Positions 37,249 to 49,044 of a DNA stretch of 61,710 nt are shown in pieces. Numbering within the stretch: the stretch's first letter is position 1; every line of letters begins with the position of its first letter. The stretch comes from Minisyncoccia bacterium (GTDB taxonomy: Bacteria; Patescibacteriota; Minisyncoccia; Phycocordibacterales; JAACPR01), in the NCBI GenBank assembly GCA_041740795.1, contig JBGSLH010000004.1:1-61710 (forward strand). Reading direction: 5' to 3'. A program made the position numbers and the translations under genes. Below the pieces are notes generated by a model. That model had not been told where the DNA came from. It saw only the letters and a list, made by a program, of their open reading frames with translations, and searched no databases.

Positions 37249-39759
37249 ATGAAATTTTTAAAGAATGTATTTGCAGACCAGAACACAAAAGCCGTTAGAA
37301 GCTACCAACTATTGGTCGAAAAGGTAAATGCCTTTGAACCTGAATTGCAGAATCTTTCTGATGCTGAGCTCAAGGCAAAAACTACATATCTAAAAGCTAA
37401 ACTTCAAGAGGGCAGAATGCTTGAAGATATACTACCAGAAGCTTTCGCTGTAGTGCGTGAAGCATCCAAACGAGTCTCAGGAGAACGTCATTATGATGTT
37501 CAACTTATTGGAGGAATGATCATTCATGATGGAAAGATTGCCGAAATGAGAACAGGAGAAGGTAAGACACTTGTTGCCACGTTGCCTGCATACCTCAATG
37601 CGTTAAGTGGAAATGGAGTTCATGTTGTAACTGTGAACGATTACCTTGCAAAACGAGATGCAGTTTGGATGGGTCAGATCTATGATTTTCTCGGCTTGAG
37701 TGTTGCTGTTATCAACGGTGATCATTCATTTAAATATTCCTCCGTAAAAGAAGACATACAACTCGACGAGCAACGAGATCAGGACGGATCATATTCAGTC
37801 ATTGATGAGTTTCTCGTTCCGGTATCACGTGTCGAGGCGTATCAAGCAGACATTATATATGGAACGAACAGCCAGTTTGGTTTTGATTATCTGCGTGACA
37901 ATATCGAATACGATAAGAACAATATCAGACAGACACGACACAACTTTGCAATCGTTGACGAAATTGACTCTATTTTGATAGACGAGGCACGAACGCCTCT
38001 TATCATCTCAGCACCGTCAACCGATCCAGAAAATCTATATAAAGTATTCACTCAGATCGTCTCTTCTTTTGAAAAAGATGTTGACTATACTGTTGATGAA
38101 AAGCATAAGTCGATTCATCTTACTGATTCAGGAATCGAAAAGGCAGAAAAATCTCTCAATGTCGAAAATATCTATACCGAAAAAGGTGTTAAGTATGTGC
38201 ACCATCTCGAAACAGCAGTGAAGGCACGTGCACTTTATCGAAATAACAAGGAGTATGTAGTTCGAGACAATAAGGTTATTATTGTTGATGAATTCACCGG
38301 ACGATTGCAACCAGGAAGACGGTGGTCAGATGGTATTCATCAGGCTGTCGAAGCCAAAGAAGGTGTAACTATTGAGCAGGAGTCTCGTACCTATGCATCC
38401 ATTACGTACCAGAACTATTTTCGGATGTACAAAAAACTTGCAGGTATGACAGGAACCGCAATGACTTCTTCGGAAGAATTCTTCAAAGTGTATCAGCTTG
38501 ATACTATTGTCGTACCAACTAACAAGTCAATCCAACGAATCGACCAAGATGATCTGATATTTCAGACTGAAGAAGGAAAATTCAAGGCAATTACTCAAAA
38601 AATAAAAGAATTGAATGCAAAAGGTCAGCCAGTTCTGATCGGAACAGTTTCAATTGAAAAGAATGAGATGCTTTCTGCATTTTTGACCAAGGAAGGAATT
38701 GCACACGAAATATTGAATGCCAAGAATCATGAAGAGGAAGGAAACATCGTTGCACGTGCAGGACACAAGGGTGCAGTAATAATCGCAACTAACATGGCAG
38801 GGCGAGGAGTGGATATCAAGCTCGGAGGAGTTCCGTTTGATCAGACTGCGTACGAGGAAGTAAAATCTCTCGGTGGACTCTTTGTAATCGGTACCGAACG
38901 ACATGAGGCGCGAAGAATCGACAACCAGCTCAGAGGACGTTCAGGACGACAAGGTGATCCTGGAGAAACACAATTTTATGTCTCGATGTCAGATGATCTG
39001 ATGCGAATCTTCTCTACGGATCTTGTGAAGAACATGATGGGAAGACTTGGAATTCCCGAGGATCAACCCATCCAAAATAAAATCATCACAAAGTCTCTCG
39101 AAAGTGCTCAGGAAAAAATCGAAGGACTGAATTTTGACCAGCGAAAACAACTTCTTTCATACGACAATGTGCTCAATACGCAGCGAGATTCGATGTACAA
39201 ACGTCGGCGTGCGATCGTGACAGGTGATGAATCCATACTCAAACTTGAACTGGATGCAATAACATCAGTTGATTCTGAGGTAAACACGATCGTTCAGCAT
39301 AAGATAACCGAAATCGGTCTTGATAATTTTCTCCAATTATTTCGAAGATTCCTTCTCCAGAGTCTCGATACGTTCTGGATTGATCACTTGGAAGCGATGT
39401 CATACGTCCGATCTGCAGTTGCGCTTCGCGCATACGGTCAGCGTGATCCTCTTATTGAATATCAGAAGGAAGGACGAACGATGTTCGAGAGTCTCAAACA
39501 GTCTGTTACTGCCCGTGTAATTGCACTGATAAAAAATATTGATGAACAAGCATTTAAGAAAGAAGAGGAACGTGTAAAAAATGCGATGCTCCAAGCGCAG
39601 AAAGTCGGAGGTACGGGCGGAACTGAAACGGTTCTTGGAGACAGCTTAGAATATGGACGTAATGATACGGTTACTCTCGTAAAGGATGGGCAGGAACAGA
39701 CGTTGAAATTCAAAAAAGCACAAGAACTGCTTGGACAGGGTTGGGAAATCAAAAAATAA
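37249..39759 (+). CDS. secA: Preprotein translocase SecA
   Basis: MRTGEGKT, IVDEIDSILIDEARTPLIIS, TNMAGRGVDI, QLRGRSGRQGDPG. Confidence 0.98.
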   Translation: MKFLKNVFADQNTKAVRSYQLLVEKVNAFEPELQNLSDAELKAKTTYLKAKLQEGRMLEDILPEAFAVVREASKRVSGERHYDVQLIGGMIIHDGKIAEMRTGEGKTLVATLPAYLNALSGNGVHVVTVNDYLAKRDAVWMGQIYDFLGLSVAVINGDHSFKYSSVKEDIQLDEQRDQDGSYSVIDEFLVPVSRVEAYQADIIYGTNSQFGFDYLRDNIEYDKNNIRQTRHNFAIVDEIDSILIDEARTPLIISAPSTDPENLYKVFTQIVSSFEKDVDYTVDEKHKSIHLTDSGIEKAEKSLNVENIYTEKGVKYVHHLETAVKARALYRNNKEYVVRDNKVIIVDEFTGRLQPGRRWSDGIHQAVEAKEGVTIEQESRTYASITYQNYFRMYKKLAGMTGTAMTSSEEFFKVYQLDTIVVPTNKSIQRIDQDDLIFQTEEGKFKAITQKIKELNAKGQPVLIGTVSIEKNEMLSAFLTKEGIAHEILNAKNHEEEGNIVARAGHKGAVIIATNMAGRGVDIKLGGVPFDQTAYEEVKSLGGLFVIGTERHEARRIDNQLRGRSGRQGDPGETQFYVSMSDDLMRIFSTDLVKNMMGRLGIPEDQPIQNKIITKSLESAQEKIEGLNFDQRKQLLSYDNVLNTQRDSMYKRRRAIVTGDESILKLELDAITSVDSEVNTIVQHKITEIGLDNFLQLFRRFLLQSLDTFWIDHLEAMSYVRSAVALRAYGQRDPLIEYQKEGRTMFESLKQSVTARVIALIKNIDEQAFKKEEERVKNAMLQAQKVGGTGGTETVLGDSLEYGRNDTVTLVKDGQEQTLKFKKAQELLGQGWEIKK

Positions 39760-39775
39760 GAGATATGATAGGGAT

Positions 39776-40930
39776 ATGAGATACTTATACGCTATCTGCC
39801 TATCCGTTTTCGTTTTTATGTCGGCACATCAGTCCTTGGATGCATACACTGTAGTGGTACAGCCCGATATTTCTATTGATCAAAATTATGTCTCTGACCA
39901 GAACCTTTATTTTGCAAGTGTCAGGGCGTGGTTTGGTGCAACATACGACAAGGATGTTGTGTCCGCGTCTTACGATCAAACAATCGGAGGCACTATTTTT
40001 GGAGACATGACCTTGCTCGGAAAAAATATCGTGTTGCAAGGTGAATCGTTTGGCGATGTCCGTATGATTGCCGATACGGTAACTGTTTCTGGAGTCGTGA
40101 ACAAGGATCTCATTTTGATTGCCCGTCATGTTGTACTTGCTCCTGGAGCGATAATCAACGGTGATACTCTGATTCTTGCTCATACGGTAGAGACACATGG
40201 ACAATTCCTTGGAAAAAGCCAAATAACAGCAAGTCAGATTGATATCACGGGATCAATTGTTGGACCGACAACACTGACAGGTTCCAAGATATCGTTTCTC
40301 CCTGGAGCAAAAGTTGTTTCAGATATTTCATACTTCTCGCCACAGCGTGCAATCGTTGCTCCTGGGGTAGAAATCCAAAAGGAACTCAATTTCAATCAGA
40401 TCGAATCGATCCAACAAAACGACGTGGTCAAGCGTCTATTTTTCGCATTTATCAGTTTTTGGGCAATCATCAAGCTTATTGCGACACTTTTTGTAATATT
40501 CATACTCACACAGCTCTTCAGGCTGTTCTTGCAGCGCATCATCGATACCGTCCGTGTCAAAAAACTACGACTCTTCGTGACAGGTATCGTATCACTCATT
40601 TTCATACCACTCCTTATTGCAATCTTGTTTGCGACTCTTGTCTTGATACCTGTGTCAATCATCGCCTTGGCACTGTTTTTAATCATGATTATTCTGCTGC
40701 CTGCGATGAGTGCAATAATTACCGCATCGCTCTATCAGACATATGTGCAAAAACAACCCAAAGTCACTGCGAGCTTCAACATGTCGGCACTGTCTCTTGT
40801 GCTACTGACATTCGTCGGTTTTGTACCATATGTTGGAAGCACTCTTGTGTATTTGATCTACATACTCGCGTTCGGAGCAATGACACAGTATCTCTACGAA
40901 CAGGTTCGAAGAAAAAAGATAACTATATAA
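39776..40930 (+). CDS. Membrane protein with bactofilin-like beta-helical N-domain and multi-TM C-domain
   Basis: Signal-like N-terminus, repeats such as GDMTLLG/GDVRMIA/GDTLILA, several C-terminal TM helices. Confidence 0.72.
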   Translation: MRYLYAICLSVFVFMSAHQSLDAYTVVVQPDISIDQNYVSDQNLYFASVRAWFGATYDKDVVSASYDQTIGGTIFGDMTLLGKNIVLQGESFGDVRMIADTVTVSGVVNKDLILIARHVVLAPGAIINGDTLILAHTVETHGQFLGKSQITASQIDITGSIVGPTTLTGSKISFLPGAKVVSDISYFSPQRAIVAPGVEIQKELNFNQIESIQQNDVVKRLFFAFISFWAIIKLIATLFVIFILTQLFRLFLQRIIDTVRVKKLRLFVTGIVSLIFIPLLIAILFATLVLIPVSIIALALFLIMIILLPAMSAIITASLYQTYVQKQPKVTASFNMSALSLVLLTFVGFVPYVGSTLVYLIYILAFGAMTQYLYEQVRRKKITI

Positions 40931-40931
40931 T

Positions 40932-41804
40932 ATGAAAATAATCACACATAACGATCGTTTCCATGCCGATGATGTGTTTACAATGGCTACTCTCAGGATT
41001 TTGTTTGGATCAAAAATTACAGAAGTTGTGCGGACTCGAGATGAGGAAATTATACAGACAGGAGATATTGTATTCGATGTCGGAAATATATATGATCCTG
41101 AGACAAACCGTTTTGATCATCATCAGAAAGAAGGAGCAGGAACACGCGCTAATAATATTCCATATGCAGCATTTGGTCTCGTTTGGAAAAAGTGGGGAGC
41201 GGAACTCTGTGGATCGCAGGATGCTGCTGATCTCGTAGACAAAAAACTTGTGCAGATGATTGATGCAAGCGACAACGGATTCTCTCTCTATTCATATACG
41301 ACTCCTGACGTAAAAGAATATGTCATGGATACGATCTGTGGAGCATTTGGTTCTACGTGGATGGAAGAAGATAATTATGACGAGGCGTTTTTTGAAGTGG
41401 TAGGTTTTGCAGAAAAAATTGTTCGCCGCGAAATAAAAGGTGCCCAAGATAAATGCGCAGCAATTCCTCTCGTGGAAGAGTCATATCAAAAATCCGAAGA
41501 CAAAAGAATTGTCGTGCTCGATGAATATTATCCATGGCACGATACTCTTTCCAAGTATGATGAAGTGCTTTTTGTCGTTTCTCCAAGCAAGGAAAAGGAT
41601 CAGTGGAGAGTGAGTGCGATCCAGCAGGAACGGTTCGTCAACAAGAAGGATTTTCCTGTCGCATGGGCGGGATTACGAGGAGTCGAACTCGAAGAAGCCT
41701 CGGGAATAAGGGATGCCATGTTCTGTCATCGAAAGTTATTTTTGGCGGCCGCAAAGACCCGAGAAAGCGCGATACTCCTTGCCAAAAGTGCCGTTGAACT
41801 GTAA
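40932..41804 (+). CDS. MYG1-family protein (exonuclease/hydrolase)
   Basis: ITHNDRFHADDVF, DVGNIYD, FDHHQ, MFCHRKLF. Confidence 0.92.
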   Translation: MKIITHNDRFHADDVFTMATLRILFGSKITEVVRTRDEEIIQTGDIVFDVGNIYDPETNRFDHHQKEGAGTRANNIPYAAFGLVWKKWGAELCGSQDAADLVDKKLVQMIDASDNGFSLYSYTTPDVKEYVMDTICGAFGSTWMEEDNYDEAFFEVVGFAEKIVRREIKGAQDKCAAIPLVEESYQKSEDKRIVVLDEYYPWHDTLSKYDEVLFVVSPSKEKDQWRVSAIQQERFVNKKDFPVAWAGLRGVELEEASGIRDAMFCHRKLFLAAAKTRESAILLAKSAVEL

Positions 41805-41816
41805 AGTCTAATTCTT

Positions 41817-42791
41817 ATGGCATTTGTCGACGAAATAAAAATACATCTCAAATCAGGAAAAGGAGGCAATGGAGTCGTCAGGTGGCTTCATTTGAAAGGA
41901 AAAGAATACTCTGGTCCTGCCGGAGGTAACGGTGGTAAGGGAGGAGACGTATACATCAAGGCGGTGCGAACATCTTCAATTCTTGAGAAATATATTCAGA
42001 AAGCTGAAATGCATGCAGGCAATGGTGAAGATGGAAGCAATCGAAGTCGGACAGGGGAAGGTGGAGAAGATCTGATTATGGAAATTCCACTTGGATCATA
42101 TGTCAAAAATCTTGAAACAGGCGTGGATCACGAACTTCTCGAAGAAGGACAGATGATCAAAGTTCTTCATGGAGGAAAGGGCGGACTTGGAAACGAAATG
42201 TTCAAGGGTCCTGTCAATCGAACTCCGGAACAGCAGACTGATGGAAAGCCGGGCGAAGAAGCGGATTTCTATATTGAACTTCGATTGATTGCCGATTATG
42301 GACTGATCGGACTACCGAATGCAGGCAAGTCGACACTTCTTAACACACTTACCAATTCAAAATCAAAGGTAGGAAACTACAACTTCACTACTCTCGAACC
42401 ACACCTCGGTGACATGTATGGAATCGTCATTGCAGATATTCCAGGCCTCATCGAAGGTGCAAGTGAAGGAAAAGGTCTTGGACACAAATTCTTGCGTCAC
42501 ATCCAACGGACCAAAACTCTCCTGCACTGCATAACATGCGAATCAGGCGACATCCTCAAGGATTATCAGACAATTAGAGCAGAACTGAAGGCTTTTAATC
42601 CTGATCTGGTAAATAAAGAAGAGCTTATTTTGATTACAAAAACTGACATGGCATCTGCCTCAATTGATGTCGAAACACTTTTCCCTGATCAAGAGGTCCT
42701 ACAGGTCTCTATTCTCGATGACGAGTCAGTAAATTCTCTCAAAAAAAAGCTCACCCAGATGATCCAGAAGCCTGATGCTGTGGATAACTAA
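41817..42791 (+). CDS. obg: GTPase ObgE/CgtA (short, no C-terminal domain)
   Basis: [42 protein letters not shown]. Confidence 0.96.
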   Translation: MAFVDEIKIHLKSGKGGNGVVRWLHLKGKEYSGPAGGNGGKGGDVYIKAVRTSSILEKYIQKAEMHAGNGEDGSNRSRTGEGGEDLIMEIPLGSYVKNLETGVDHELLEEGQMIKVLHGGKGGLGNEMFKGPVNRTPEQQTDGKPGEEADFYIELRLIADYGLIGLPNAGKSTLLNTLTNSKSKVGNYNFTTLEPHLGDMYGIVIADIPGLIEGASEGKGLGHKFLRHIQRTKTLLHCITCESGDILKDYQTIRAELKAFNPDLVNKEELILITKTDMASASIDVETLFPDQEVLQVSILDDESVNSLKKKLTQMIQKPDAVDN

Positions 42792-42814
42792 AAACCCTTT
42801 ATTTTCAAAGGTCA

Positions 42815-42900
42815 TATAATACATATATAAATTTAATAGTGGTCGAAAGACTTCGGAAGCTGTTAAGTTTATTAATTAACGGTTAATTAATAAAGTTTTA
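42815..42900 (+). promoter_or_regulatory. Pilin promoter and structured leader
   Basis: TATAAT 42815-42820; stem TAATAGT/GCTGTTA with GTC-GAAA-GAC; 13-bp palindrome 42868-42894. Confidence 0.5.
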
Positions 42901-42913
42901 TAAACTTAGTAAT

Positions 42914-43321
42914 ATGATTAAAAAGACAAAAGGTTTTACATTGATTGAACTTCTCGTAGTGATCGCAATCATCGGTATCCTTTCTTCTGTAGTGTTGGCT
43001 TCGCTCAACTCTGCAAGAAACAAGGGTACGGATGCAGCTATCAAGGCAGAACTCAATAACTTGCGACCAGCAGTTGAAATCTTTTATGATGGCAACGGGG
43101 CAAGTGGATACAGTGGATGGAGCGCAACTCCTGGGGTAGCAGCAATACTCTCAAGTCTTGCCTCAAAAACAACAGTTACCAACGGTCCAACGGCATCTAC
43201 AACAACTTGGGCTGCTGCTGCACTTCTTAAGTCAGGAAGTTATCAATGTGTAGATTATACTGGAGTTGCAACAACTACAGGAACTCTCACAATTGGTACT
43301 ACTGATGCTGCGTGTATATAA
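42914..43321 (+). CDS. Type IV major pilin
   Basis: GFTLIELLVVIAIIGILSSVVLASL; C-terminal Cys pair; own promoter and terminator (43345-43378). Confidence 0.93.
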   Translation: MIKKTKGFTLIELLVVIAIIGILSSVVLASLNSARNKGTDAAIKAELNNLRPAVEIFYDGNGASGYSGWSATPGVAAILSSLASKTTVTNGPTASTTTWAAAALLKSGSYQCVDYTGVATTTGTLTIGTTDAACI

Positions 43322-43378
43322 TTTAATTAAATTTAAATTAAAAGAACAAAAACCACCTCCTAGGGGTGGTTTTTGTTT

Positions 43379-43422
43379 TACCTCGCTCCGACCGAGGGGT
43401 TCCTCTCGGTCGGAGCGAGGTA
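43379..43422. repeat. REP-like palindrome family A, copy 2
   Basis: TACCTCGCTCCGACCGAG...CTCGGTCGGAGCGAGGTA. Confidence 0.85.
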
Positions 43423-43438
43423 TGATACAATAATTCCA

Positions 43439-44320
43439 ATGCTTGCGATATTACTTACCTACTTTTTTCTTCTCGGACTTGCGATTGGAAGTTTTCTCAA
43501 TGTCGTAATCCTGAGACACAACACAGGCAAGACGACGGGTGGAAGGTCTGCATGCATGGTTTGCAAGAATCAACTTGGATGGAAAGAACTCGTGCCGCTT
43601 TTTAGTTTTCTTTTTCAGAGAGGGAAGTGTGCTCACTGCAGAACAAGAATCAGTTGGCAGTATCCGCTGGTAGAATTCTCGACTGCGGTTCTTTTTACCC
43701 TTAACTTCTATTATCTCTTTACAGAGTCACGTTCGATATCTGAGCTGATCCTTTCTGTCGGACTGACCTCGTGCATCTGGGCGTTGCTTGTTGTGATATT
43801 CGTATATGACTTGCGACACAAGATTATTCCAGATGTATTCTCGGGAGCACTTTTTGTACTCAGTATCTTACTTGTACTTTCATCCCGGATTTATTCCGGG
43901 ATCTCTTGGTTTTATTACGAGATCCCGCATCTTCGTCCGTCTTCGACAGACTTCGTGCAGGATGGCAGTGTACTTACGTACCTTAACTTGAGTGCTGGCG
44001 TTATTTTTTATCTTGTAATTTATGCGATATGGAAACTTTCAAACGGACGCCTCATTGGACTCGGAGACGCAAAACTTCTTCTTGGTACGGGAACTATTCT
44101 TGGATTCGTATATGGACTGTCGTCGATTGCACTTGCTGCATGGATCGGATGTGTGTACGTGATTTTTGTCTTGTTGAAACAAAGATTGAGTATAAAGGGT
44201 AAACATATTACAATGAAAACAGAAATTCCGTTTGGTCCGTTTCTCATTCTTGGATTCTTGATCGTGTACTTCCTGCGAATCGATGTGACTAATCTGGGTT
44301 TTATTTTAGAAAACTTTTAA
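43439..44320 (+). CDS. pilD: Prepilin peptidase (A24) with in-frame palindromic insertion
   Basis: IGSFLNVVI, RSACMVC, GKCAHC, YDLRHKIIPD, IGLGDAKL, PFGPFL. Confidence 0.93.
   Translation: MLAILLTYFFLLGLAIGSFLNVVILRHNTGKTTGGRSACMVCKNQLGWKELVPLFSFLFQRGKCAHCRTRISWQYPLVEFSTAVLFTLNFYYLFTESRSISELILSVGLTSCIWALLVVIFVYDLRHKIIPDVFSGALFVLSILLVLSSRIYSGISWFYYEIPHLRPSSTDFVQDGSVLTYLNLSAGVIFYLVIYAIWKLSNGRLIGLGDAKLLLGTGTILGFVYGLSSIALAAWIGCVYVIFVLLKQRLSIKGKHITMKTEIPFGPFLILGFLIVYFLRIDVTNLGFILENF
43879..43966 (-). mobile_element. RPE-like palindromic element B3, reverse orientation, in-frame in pilD
   Basis: TCATCCCGGATTTATTCCGGGATCTC-TTGGTTTTATTAC-GAGATCCCGCA... is the reverse complement of B2; encodes SSRIYSGISWFYYEIPHLRPSSTDFVQDG. 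Confidence 0.85.
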
Positions 44321-44913
44321 TGAAGCAACCTATTTTACAAAAAGGCTTTACGATGATCGAGATGATCGTAGTACTTGGCATCTTTGCCGTTATGAGTGGG
44401 ATCGTTCTCTTTAATTATAGTAAGTTCAGAAGCGATACTATTTTGACCAACATGGCATACGAGATTGCCCTTTCTATCAGAGAAGCCCAGATCTATGGTG
44501 TGAGTGTACGAAGTCCAAATGGAGGTACACCAGATTTCTCTGAAGCATATGGAATATACTTTTCCGGAGAAGAATCAAACCAGTATCTTCTGTTTGCTGA
44601 TGATGATGGATCGCTTGAATACGAGGGAAGCTCATGTACGGATTCTGGAGCGGATACGTGTGTGACCCCTTACACGCTGCTAGGCAACATCAAGATCGTT
44701 GATGTTGCAATACTGAACAATGGTGGAAATTGTCCTATGGATGATCAGCCTCTCAGCATCCTCTTCAAGCGACCTAATCCCGAACCGGTCATTAATAGTG
44801 ATAATTCGATCAGTCAGGCTCAGATAACGGTTACTTCGGAAGATGCGGTGCGATATGTAGTCATTTCCAATAATGGACAAGTGTCCGTCCTTAACGATTC
44901 AATATGCAATTAA
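44320..44913 (+). CDS. Minor pilin (FimT/GspH-like)
   Basis: GFTMIEMIVVL. Confidence 0.88.
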   Translation: MKQPILQKGFTMIEMIVVLGIFAVMSGIVLFNYSKFRSDTILTNMAYEIALSIREAQIYGVSVRSPNGGTPDFSEAYGIYFSGEESNQYLLFADDDGSLEYEGSSCTDSGADTCVTPYTLLGNIKIVDVAILNNGGNCPMDDQPLSILFKRPNPEPVINSDNSISQAQITVTSEDAVRYVVISNNGQVSVLNDSICN

Positions 44914-45458
44914 ACAAGCGTAATTCAAATCATGAAGGCTTCACGCTTATCGAACTTCTTGTTTCGGTCGCGCTTTTCTCTGTGGTACTTACGGTGACAC
45001 TTGGATCGATTATTACGATTGCAGATTCCAACAAGAAGGCGCGCTCTCTCATGTCCGTCATGAACAACCTTAACTTTGCAGTAGATAGTATTACACGAAG
45101 TTTCAAATCAGGGAGCATTAACGGTGATGATCCTGTTGAATCTCGATATGGCAACAGTGACAACTGTCTTACGACAAATGAGATTAACTATGATCAAGTA
45201 GGTGATGGTTTTAATACTCGAGAAGTGACGTATTGTTGGGTCGAAGATAATGGAACTGGAAAGATTACAAAAAACGGAGTCGATCTTACCTCTCCTGATG
45301 TGGACATCGACTATCTCAAGTTTGCCGTGGCGACACACAGTCTCGGAACACAACCTGCCGTCAACATTATGCTCGAGGGAACGGTAAAGGTTTCGGAAAA
45401 GATCAGATCCAATTTCTCTCTGCAGACGACCGTATCACAGAGACAACTTAATATTTAA
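44904..45458 (+). CDS. Minor pilin (PilW-like)
   Basis: GFTLIELLVSV. Confidence 0.88.
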   Translation: MQLNKRNSNHEGFTLIELLVSVALFSVVLTVTLGSIITIADSNKKARSLMSVMNNLNFAVDSITRSFKSGSINGDDPVESRYGNSDNCLTTNEINYDQVGDGFNTREVTYCWVEDNGTGKITKNGVDLTSPDVDIDYLKFAVATHSLGTQPAVNIMLEGTVKVSEKIRSNFSLQTTVSQRQLNI

Positions 45459-45460
45459 AT

Positions 45461-46054
45461 ATGAATCACAGTAACGGACAAAAAAATAACAAAAACCAAA
45501 AAGGATTTACTCTCATCGAGACGCTTGTTGCTATTTTTATTCTACTCATTTCAACAACAGGACCGCTTACCTTTGCACAGTCAGGACTTCGAGCGTCGTT
45601 CCTTGCGCGTGATCAGATCGGCGCATTCTATCTTGCACAGGATGTGATCGAGACAATCAAGAATCTTCGAGATAATACTGGGCTGAGCGGCGCTTCCTCA
45701 GATTGGCTTGGAGGAATTCCTCTTGAGTGTCGTCCTGAAAGTGTTGGTGTTACCAAGGTCTGTAATATGGATACGGCTCAGTCTGGTGTATTTAATACGA
45801 TTGCCTGTGATTTTGAAGAAGGCTGTACAACTCCTTTGTATTACGAAAATGCCTCACGTCAATTTGTGGTCGCATCTGGACCTTCTTCTGGCCTAACGGC
45901 ATCCAAGTACACTCGTACGATCTATCTCATCGAACTCGAAGACAACAGGGAGATGCAAATCGTAGTAGAAGTAAAATGGGAATCGAACTTTTTTTCAGAA
46001 AAAAGAATCGTAGTCCAGGAGAATATCTATAACTGGGTACCTGCACTTAATTAA
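45461..46054 (+). CDS. Minor pilin (PilV-like)
   Basis: GFTLIETLVAI, AFYLAQDVIE. Confidence 0.88.
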   Translation: MNHSNGQKNNKNQKGFTLIETLVAIFILLISTTGPLTFAQSGLRASFLARDQIGAFYLAQDVIETIKNLRDNTGLSGASSDWLGGIPLECRPESVGVTKVCNMDTAQSGVFNTIACDFEEGCTTPLYYENASRQFVVASGPSSGLTASKYTRTIYLIELEDNREMQIVVEVKWESNFFSEKRIVVQENIYNWVPALN

Positions 46055-46064
46055 TCAGAAGCAT

Positions 46065-48634
<2,570 letters not shown>

Positions 48635-48637
48635 CAT

Positions 48638-48727
48638 GTCATCCCGCATGAAGTGACTCCATAGGAGGAACGGAGTTGCGGGATCTCGTAATAAAACCAC
48701 GAGATCCCGGAATAAATCCGGGATGAC
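48638..48727 (+). mobile_element. RPE-like palindromic element B2, intergenic
   Basis: GTCATCCCGC...GCGGGATCTC-GTAATAAAACCAC-GAGATCCCGGAATAAATCCGGGATGAC. Confidence 0.87.
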
Positions 48728-48758
48728 GAGAATATATTTACATGCTACTATGGGCTTT

Positions 48759-49043
48759 ATGAATAAAGACGATATCAAACATCTTGCGCATCTTTCGCGT
48801 CTCCATCTCGAAGATGATGAGGCAGAAGCCTTCACACATCAATTTGATGAGATTGTTGCATATGTTGATAAAATTAAAGAAATCTCTTCTGATCTTGGTT
48901 CCGATATTATCGAATCTAACGAAGTTCGAAATGTTCTTCGAGAAGATATCGTTGTTTCTTATCAAAATCCTGAAAACATAATTAACGAAGCTCCGTCTCA
49001 CTCCGATAACTTCGTGAAGGTTAAAAAGATTCTCAATCAATAA
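48759..49043 (+). CDS. gatC: Asp/Glu-tRNA amidotransferase subunit C
   Basis: DIKHLAHLSRL, LRED, VKVKKIL; upstream of gatA. Confidence 0.92.
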   Translation: MNKDDIKHLAHLSRLHLEDDEAEAFTHQFDEIVAYVDKIKEISSDLGSDIIESNEVRNVLREDIVVSYQNPENIINEAPSHSDNFVKVKKILNQ

Positions 49044-49044
49044 T

